A stretch of DNA of 32,000 nucleotides, taken from Pseudodesulfovibrio mercurii (GTDB lineage Bacteria > Desulfobacterota > Desulfovibrionia > Desulfovibrionales > Desulfovibrionaceae). Position numbers and translations under genes: made by a program. The notes beneath the pieces were generated by a model. It was given only the letters and a program-made list of their open reading frames with translations. It was not told where the DNA came from and made no database searches. Below, piece after piece: positions 26,710 to 32,000 of the stretch (the first letter of the stretch is position 1; each line of letters begins with the position of its first letter). Location: contig NC_016803.1 of NCBI RefSeq assembly GCF_000189295.2, positions 1 through 32,000 of the forward strand. Reading direction: 5' to 3'.

Positions 26710-26740
26710 CAAAAAAAGGTCCGCGCCTAAACGCGGACCT
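26710..26740 (-). terminator. rho-independent terminator at the end of the gcv-lpd-DUF386 operon
   Basis: On the minus strand, AGGTCCGCG-TTTAGG-CGCGGACCT is followed by TTTTTTT. The stem overlaps the last codons and stop of the DUF386 gene. Confidence 0.75.
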
Positions 26741-27170
26741 TCATGATGATCTTGTGAATCTCGTTGTCCGAGATCATGGGCATGTGCGCGTCCTCCGGGA
26801 AGTAGGCGGCGATCATGCCGGGCGCGACGTCGGTCCAGTGGGTGGGCGGGTCCGCGTAGAAGGCCACGTCGGCGCGCGGGTCCGGGGCCTCGGCCGCCGG
26901 GCCGAGGTCGCGTCGCGCCTTCCAGCCGATCCTGTCCGTGCCGGCGATGACGTAGGCCAGGTCGATGTACAGGTCGTGGGTTTCGATGAGCGCGTCCCCG
27001 GGGCTGCGGCCCGGTCCTTTGGCCACCACCGCGTACAGGCCGTCCTCAAGGTCGATCCGGCCCACGGGCAGGTCGGCCAGGTCCGGCCTGCGCAGGAAGG
27101 CGAAGGCGGCGGGGAAGCGGGGGTTCAGGGCCGCGTAGCGGTCCGCGTTGTCGAGGACGTCCAGGATCAT
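26727..27170 (-). CDS. YhcH/YjgK/YiaL (DUF386) family protein
   Basis: ~147 aa with family-like features (N-terminal LDNADRY, central IETHDLYIDLAYVIAG, C-terminal FPEDAHMP). The ATG overlaps the lpd stop (ATGA). Confidence 0.7.
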   Translation of the reverse strand: MILDVLDNADRYAALNPRFPAAFAFLRRPDLADLPVGRIDLEDGLYAVVAKGPGRSPGDALIETHDLYIDLAYVIAGTDRIGWKARRDLGPAAEAPDPRADVAFYADPPTHWTDVAPGMIAAYFPEDAHMPMISDNEIHKIIMKVRV

Positions 27171-28531
27171 TGCACTTTCTTCCGTTCGGCCGTGAGGGCC
27201 GTGAGCAGTGCCTCGTCCAGGGACGGGTGCGGGAAGATGATCGAGTGGATGGCGTCGGCCGTCCAGCCCTGGTGCACGATCATGGCCGCCGGGGTGACCA
27301 GGCGGGACACGTCGTGGCCCACGGCGGTGACGCCGACCACCTTGCCGCCGGACCAGACCACCTTGACGAACCCCTGGGTGGCCGCGTGGGCCTGGGCCAT
27401 GGGGTTGGCGGCCAGCTGGGCCGTGGATACCTCGGTGCTGTCGTAGTCGGCCAGGAAGGCCTCGTTCTCCATCATGCCCACGCGCATGACCTCGGGCGCG
27501 CCGTAGAGCACGCTCGGCACCGGGGGGCAGACGTAGGGGCCCTCGACCTTTCCGGCCGCGTGCAGGGCCACGTAGCGAGCCTGGTGCGAGGCGGCGTGGG
27601 CCAGCTGGATGTGGCCGTTGGCGTCGCCGATGGCGTAGATGTCGGGCGCGGCCATGAGGTAGTCGTCCACCTGAATCTGGTTGAAGAGCAGCTCGACGCC
27701 CGCCTTGCGCAGCCCGATGTCCATGGTCACGGGGCCGCGCCCCACGGCCACCAGGGCCTTGTCCGCGATGAGCTTGTCGCCGGACTGGAAGGTCAGCTCG
27801 GCCTTGCCGTTCCTGGTCAGGACCCCGGCCACGCGTTCCTCCAGACGGATGTCCCACTTCCAGCGCTTGAAGACCGAGGCCAGGGTCGCGGAGACCTCGG
27901 GGTCCTCCAGCGGGGCCACGCGGTCCATGGCGTCCACCACGGTGATCCTGCAGCCGAAGCGGTGGGCCACCTGGGCCATTTCCAGGCCGATGAAGCCCGC
28001 GCCGACCACGATCAGGGATTCGGGCATGGCCTCCATGGACAGGAACATGTCGGAGTCGAGCACGCACTCTCCGTCCGGTTCCAGGCCGGGGAAGAAGATG
28101 GGCCTGGAGCCGGTGGCGACCACGAGCTTTTTGTAGTCCAGGGTCCGCTCGCCGTCGGCCGCGGCCACCGTGACCCGATGGTCGCCGGACAGGCGGCCCA
28201 TGCCCTCGACCAGCTCCACGCCGAGCTTCTTGAGCTGCAATCCCATGGCCTTGCGGGTGCCGGCCAGGTGCTTTTGCACCCGGTTTTGCAGCCCGGCGAA
28301 GTTCACGGTCACCTCGCCGGAGGCGACCTTCATGCGGGCCTGGTTGTGCAGCTCCTCGATGGCCGAGGTGGCCCCTAGCCAGAGCTTGGTCGGGATGCAT
28401 CCCCGGTTCAGGCAGGTGCCGCCCAGGAAGTCCTTTTCCACCAGGGCCACGGACAGGCCGAGCCCGGCCGCGTCCACGGCGGCGTCGAACCCGCCGGGAC
28501 CGGCCCCGATGACCACGAGATCAAAGGTCAT
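27167..28531 (-). CDS. lpdA: dihydrolipoyl dehydrogenase (L-protein / E3)
   Basis: VVIGAGPGG FAD motif, redox disulfide GGTCLNRGCIPTK and a C-terminal HPS-type interface motif (IIFPHPSLDEAL). Confidence 0.92.
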   Translation of the reverse strand: MTFDLVVIGAGPGGFDAAVDAAGLGLSVALVEKDFLGGTCLNRGCIPTKLWLGATSAIEELHNQARMKVASGEVTVNFAGLQNRVQKHLAGTRKAMGLQLKKLGVELVEGMGRLSGDHRVTVAAADGERTLDYKKLVVATGSRPIFFPGLEPDGECVLDSDMFLSMEAMPESLIVVGAGFIGLEMAQVAHRFGCRITVVDAMDRVAPLEDPEVSATLASVFKRWKWDIRLEERVAGVLTRNGKAELTFQSGDKLIADKALVAVGRGPVTMDIGLRKAGVELLFNQIQVDDYLMAAPDIYAIGDANGHIQLAHAASHQARYVALHAAGKVEGPYVCPPVPSVLYGAPEVMRVGMMENEAFLADYDSTEVSTAQLAANPMAQAHAATQGFVKVVWSGGKVVGVTAVGHDVSRLVTPAAMIVHQGWTADAIHSIIFPHPSLDEALLTALTAERKKVQ

Positions 28532-29963
28532 CGGTCAGCTCCATGGCGCGGGCGGCCTTGGTCTCGTCCAGTCGGGTCACGGGCAGGGTGACCGGGGCCG
28601 AGGTCAGGACCTCGGGATGGGTGTCCACCAGCCCGGCCAGCTCGATGAGGTCGTCGCAGAACTGATCCAGGGTCTCCTTGTTCTCGGTCTCGGTGGGCTC
28701 GATCATGATCGCCTCGGGCACGATCAGCGGGAAGTAGACCGTGGGCGCGTGGTAGCCCTTGTCCAGCAGCCCCTTGGCGAAGTCGAGCGCGTGCACGCCC
28801 TTCTTGGCCTGTTCGGAGGCCGAGGCCACGAATTCGTGCATGCAGATGCGGTTGTAGGGGACCTCGAAGTGGTCGCACAGCCGCTTGCGCATGTAGTTGG
28901 CGGCCAGGACCGCGTTCTCGGTGGCCCTGGTCAGCCCCTTGCCGCCGAGGCGCAGGATGTAGGCGTAGGCCTTCAGGTACACGCCGAAGTTGCCGTAGAA
29001 GGGGGCCACGTAGCCGATGGACTTGGGCCGGTCGTAGTCCAGGAAGTAGCGGCCGTCCTCGCGCTTGGCCACGCGGGAGATGGGCAGGAACGGGGCGACC
29101 TTCTCGGACACGCCCACCGGGCCGGAGCCGGGGCCGCCGCCGCCGTGGGGCGTGGCGAAGGTCTTGTGCAGGTTGAGGTGGACGATGTCGAAGCCCACGT
29201 CGCCCACGCGCATCTTGCCCATGATGGCGTTCAGGTTGGCCCCGTCGTAGTAGAGCAGGGCGTCCACCTTGCGCAGCATCTTGACGATCTCGGGCAGGTT
29301 CTTTTCGAACAGGCCCAGCGTGTTGGGGCAGGTCATCATCATGCCCGCCACCTCGTCGTCCAGGACCTCGGCCAGGGCGGCCGGGTCAACGATGCCGTCC
29401 TTCGACTCCACGGAGACCACCTCGAAGCCCGCGATGGCGGCCGAGGCGGGGTTGGTGCCGTGGGCCGAGTCGGGCACGATGACCTTGGTCTTCCTGTTGC
29501 CCCGGTCCTTGTGGTAGGCGGCCATGAGCATGGTTCCGGTCAGCTCGCCGTGCGCCCCGGCCATGGGGTGCAGGGTGAAGGCGGACATGCCGGTGATCTC
29601 GCAGAGCAGGGCCTCGGTTTCGTACATGACCTCAAGGGCGCCCTGGCAGAGCCCGCCCGCGCCGCGAAGCTGGGGCAGGACAGGGTGCAGCCGGGTGAAG
29701 CCGGGCATGGCCGCGACCACCTCGGTGAACTTGGGGTTGTACTTCATGGTGCACGACCCCAGCGGGTAGAAATTGCCGTCCACGCCGTAGTTGCGCTGGG
29801 AGAGCCGGGTGAAGTGGCGGACCACGTCGAGCTCGGAGGCCGAGGGCAGGCCGACCTCGCCGTCACGCAGCAGTTCCTTGGGGATGTAGGCCTCTTCGGC
29901 CATGCCTTCGCAGGGCCAGCAGCCCTCGCGTCCGGCTACGGATTCTTCGAATATGGTCTTCAT
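28521..29963 (-). CDS. gcvPB: glycine dehydrogenase (decarboxylating) subunit 2
   Basis: LPSASELDVVRHFTRLSQRNY, GSCTMKYNP and NLHKTF (PLP lysine) blocks. The true start is ATG 29963, overlapping the gcvPA stop (ATGA). Its 3' end overlaps the lpd start by 11 nt. Confidence 0.93.
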   Translation of the reverse strand: MKTIFEESVAGREGCWPCEGMAEEAYIPKELLRDGEVGLPSASELDVVRHFTRLSQRNYGVDGNFYPLGSCTMKYNPKFTEVVAAMPGFTRLHPVLPQLRGAGGLCQGALEVMYETEALLCEITGMSAFTLHPMAGAHGELTGTMLMAAYHKDRGNRKTKVIVPDSAHGTNPASAAIAGFEVVSVESKDGIVDPAALAEVLDDEVAGMMMTCPNTLGLFEKNLPEIVKMLRKVDALLYYDGANLNAIMGKMRVGDVGFDIVHLNLHKTFATPHGGGGPGSGPVGVSEKVAPFLPISRVAKREDGRYFLDYDRPKSIGYVAPFYGNFGVYLKAYAYILRLGGKGLTRATENAVLAANYMRKRLCDHFEVPYNRICMHEFVASASEQAKKGVHALDFAKGLLDKGYHAPTVYFPLIVPEAIMIEPTETENKETLDQFCDDLIELAGLVDTHPEVLTSAPVTLPVTRLDETKAARAMELTDDL

Positions 29964-31294
29964 TTCAGCGCACCTCGCAGCATCTCGGCGAATATGCCGA
30001 TCTGTTCTTCGCTGGTCTTTTCCGTGCAGGCCACCAGCAGGCCGTTTTCCAGTCCCTCGAAGTAGCGGCCCAGCGGGAAGCCCGGGACAAAGCCGCGCTC
30101 GGTCAGCTTGGCGATGACCTCGAAGGCGTTGACCGGCAGGGTCACGGCGAACTCGTTGCCGAAGGCGCCCTTGGTCAGCATCTCCACGCCGGGGATAGCG
30201 GTCAGCTTCCCGGCGCAGATGTGGGCGCGTTCCACCGACACCCTGGCCGCGCGCTTGAGGCCGAGCTCGCCCAGCGCGCACATGTGGACCAATGCGCGCA
30301 GGGCGCACAGGGACTGGTTGGAGCAGATGTTGGACGTGGCCTTCTGGCGGCGGATGTGCTGCTCGCGCGCCTGGAGGGTGAGCACGTAGCCCGTGCGGCC
30401 CTTGGTGTCCGTGGTCCGGCCCACGATGCGGCCGGGCATCTGGCGGACCATGGCCTTGGTGCAGGTCATGATGCCCAGGTACGGGCCGCCGAAGGAGAGC
30501 GGCAGGCCCAGGGACTGGCCCTCGGCCACGGCCACGTCAGCGCCCATGGCGCCGGGCGTCTTGAGCAGGGACTGGAGCACCGGGTAGGCGGACACGATGG
30601 ACACGGCCTTGACCTTGGCGGCGGCCTCGAACAGCCCCGTGAAGTCGTTGATGGAGCCGAAGAAGTTCGGGTTCTGGACCAGCACGGCGGCGATGGAGTC
30701 GTCCAGGGCCGCCTTGAGCCCCTCGATGTCGGTCATGCCGTCCTTGTGGGGCACGGTGACGAACTCGAGGTCCAGGTTGGAGGTGTAGGAGCCGAGCATG
30801 ACCCGGTAGATGGGGTTGAGCGCCTCGGAGACCACGATCTTGCGCCGTTTGGTCTTGCGCACGGCCATCATCAGGGCCTCGTACAGGGCGGTGCCGCCGT
30901 CGTAGACCGAGGCGTTGGCGCACTCCATGCCCAGCAGCCGGGTCACGGCGGTCTGGTACTCGAAGATGGCCTGGAGGGTGCCCTGGGAAGCCTCGGGCTG
31001 GTAGGGCGTGTAGGCGGTGTAGAACTCCCCGCGCATGGTCAGGGCGTCCACGGCGGCCGGGATGTAGTGGTCGTAGAAGCCCGCGCCCAGGAAGCTGACG
31101 CTGTTGGTGGCGTTCTTGGCGGCCAGTCCCTCCAGCTTGGAGAGGACGTCCATCTCGCTCAACCCCTCGGGGATGTCGAAACTCTTGGGGCGCATGTCCG
31201 GGGTGATCTCGGCAAAGAGGTCCTCCACGGAATCCACGCCGATGGTGGCGAGCATCTCGCGCACTTCGTCTTCGGTATGCGGTACAAACGGCAT
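29960..31294 (-). CDS. gcvPA: glycine dehydrogenase (decarboxylating) subunit 1
   Basis: MPFVPHTEDEVREML N-terminus, FLGAGFYDHYIP and TPYQPEASQGTLQAIFEYQT blocks. Confidence 0.93.
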   Translation of the reverse strand: MPFVPHTEDEVREMLATIGVDSVEDLFAEITPDMRPKSFDIPEGLSEMDVLSKLEGLAAKNATNSVSFLGAGFYDHYIPAAVDALTMRGEFYTAYTPYQPEASQGTLQAIFEYQTAVTRLLGMECANASVYDGGTALYEALMMAVRKTKRRKIVVSEALNPIYRVMLGSYTSNLDLEFVTVPHKDGMTDIEGLKAALDDSIAAVLVQNPNFFGSINDFTGLFEAAAKVKAVSIVSAYPVLQSLLKTPGAMGADVAVAEGQSLGLPLSFGGPYLGIMTCTKAMVRQMPGRIVGRTTDTKGRTGYVLTLQAREQHIRRQKATSNICSNQSLCALRALVHMCALGELGLKRAARVSVERAHICAGKLTAIPGVEMLTKGAFGNEFAVTLPVNAFEVIAKLTERGFVPGFPLGRYFEGLENGLLVACTEKTSEEQIGIFAEMLRGALK

Positions 31295-31313
31295 GATGAA
31301 ACCTGCTCGGTTA

Positions 31314-31352
31314 TGGGGAAAAAGAAAAGGGCCGAGACATGTGCCCCGGCCC
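31314..31352 (-). terminator. intra-operon hairpin plus U-tract between gcvH and gcvPA (partial terminator or attenuator)
   Basis: On the minus strand, GGGCCG-(12 nt, contains ACATGT)-CGGCCC is followed by TTTTCTTTTT, about 15 nt after the gcvH stop. Confidence 0.5.
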
Positions 31353-31366
31353 CGTCGGCGTTTCGC

Positions 31367-31747
31367 CTAGTGGGCCTCGGATTCGACCACCGCGGCGTAG
31401 CCCTCGGCGTCCAGCAGCCCCTCGGGGGCGCCCTTGATCCGGAACTTGAGCATCCAGCCCGCGCCGTAAGGCTCCTCGTTGACCCTCTCGGGCGCGTCCG
31501 CGAGCTCCTCGTTGACCTCGATGACCTCGCCGGAAACCGGGGCGTAGATCTCGCTAGCGGCCTTGACGGATTCGACGGAACCCATCTCCGCGCCCGCCTC
31601 GAAGGTGTCGCCCACCTCGGGCAGCTCCACGAAGGTCAGGTCGCCGAGCTGTTCCTGGGCGAACTGGGTGATGCCCACGGTGGCCACGTCGCCCTCGACC
31701 AGGACCCACTCGTGGGTTTTCGCATACAACAGATCTTCGGGAATCAT
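31367..31747 (-). CDS. gcvH: glycine cleavage system H protein
   Basis: 126 aa with YAKTHEWV and the lipoyl-lysine motif [14 protein letters not shown] Shine-Dalgarno sequence upstream. Confidence 0.95.
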   Translation of the reverse strand: MIPEDLLYAKTHEWVLVEGDVATVGITQFAQEQLGDLTFVELPEVGDTFEAGAEMGSVESVKAASEIYAPVSGEVIEVNEELADAPERVNEEPYGAGWMLKFRIKGAPEGLLDAEGYAAVVESEAH

Positions 31748-32000
31748 ATCTCTCTCCTTGATTCGAAAAGGGGGTTATCGGGTGGTTGATCGCTAGTCTT
31801 TAGCATGGGATGAATGTGTTGGAAACAGTAAAAATAATGACAGTTTCATGGTTTTCATCCGTAATTTCCGACGAACGTGCGAATTCGCCAAAAAGCTGAC
31901 GAATCCGATTCGGTCCCGCCTGAAATAGCCCCATGTTTTCGGGCGATTGGGCAAGTCCTCGTATCCCATAACGTCATACATGTTTTATTCTGATGGTGTA

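Noticed and set aside
31793-31981. 62-aa ORF upstream of gcvH on the minus strand.
   Set aside because: It is AT-rich with atypical codon usage and no Shine-Dalgarno sequence, and it lies in a probable leader or promoter region.
31748-32000. Glycine riboswitch upstream of gcvH.
   Set aside because: Only loose resemblance. The invariant ACCGAAGGGGCAA core is interrupted (CGCCCGAAAACATGGGGC) and no GGAGAG P1 context is present. A covariance-model search is needed for a firm answer.

Overview
High-GC (~65%) chromosomal segment that looks like a Desulfovibrio-type sulfate reducer; the taxon is inferred from gene content and protein style and cannot be verified here. Almost all of it is core housekeeping. 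It holds dnaA with a DnaA-box palindrome upstream, then a minus-strand block of an ArsC/LMW-PTP-like gene, an orphan hyuB-family gene, and tsaB-rseP-dxr-cdsA-uppS-frr-pyrH-tsf-rpsB. Next comes a two-gene module of a possible ParB-like protein and an SPL-family radical SAM enzyme. A plus-strand block follows with an EF-G paralogue, plsC, RNase J and two hypotheticals. After that are a cysteine desulfidase (CyuA/YhaM-like) preceded by a 4-Cys protein, a ClC channel with CBS domains, two hypotheticals and a rhodanese. The window ends with a gcvH-gcvPA-gcvPB-lpd-DUF386 operon that has no gcvT in view. I see no rRNA or tRNA genes, CRISPR arrays, transposases, integrases, phage genes or recognisable defence genes. 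The clearest signal not explained by genes is a dispersed intergenic repeat family of about 105-130 nt with four copies. Each full copy has a G-tract block and a long hairpin whose arms differ between copies but always stay complementary. The copies sit as two tail-to-tail inverted pairs, one forming a ~460-bp MITE-like unit after dnaA and one bracketing a 6.5-kb segment. The best gene-level candidates for new biology are the ParB-like/radical-SAM pair, the 4-Cys protein coupled to cyuA, and a structured ~300-nt leader with a Cys/Arg-rich small ORF. None of these is proven, and this may simply be an ordinary core region.
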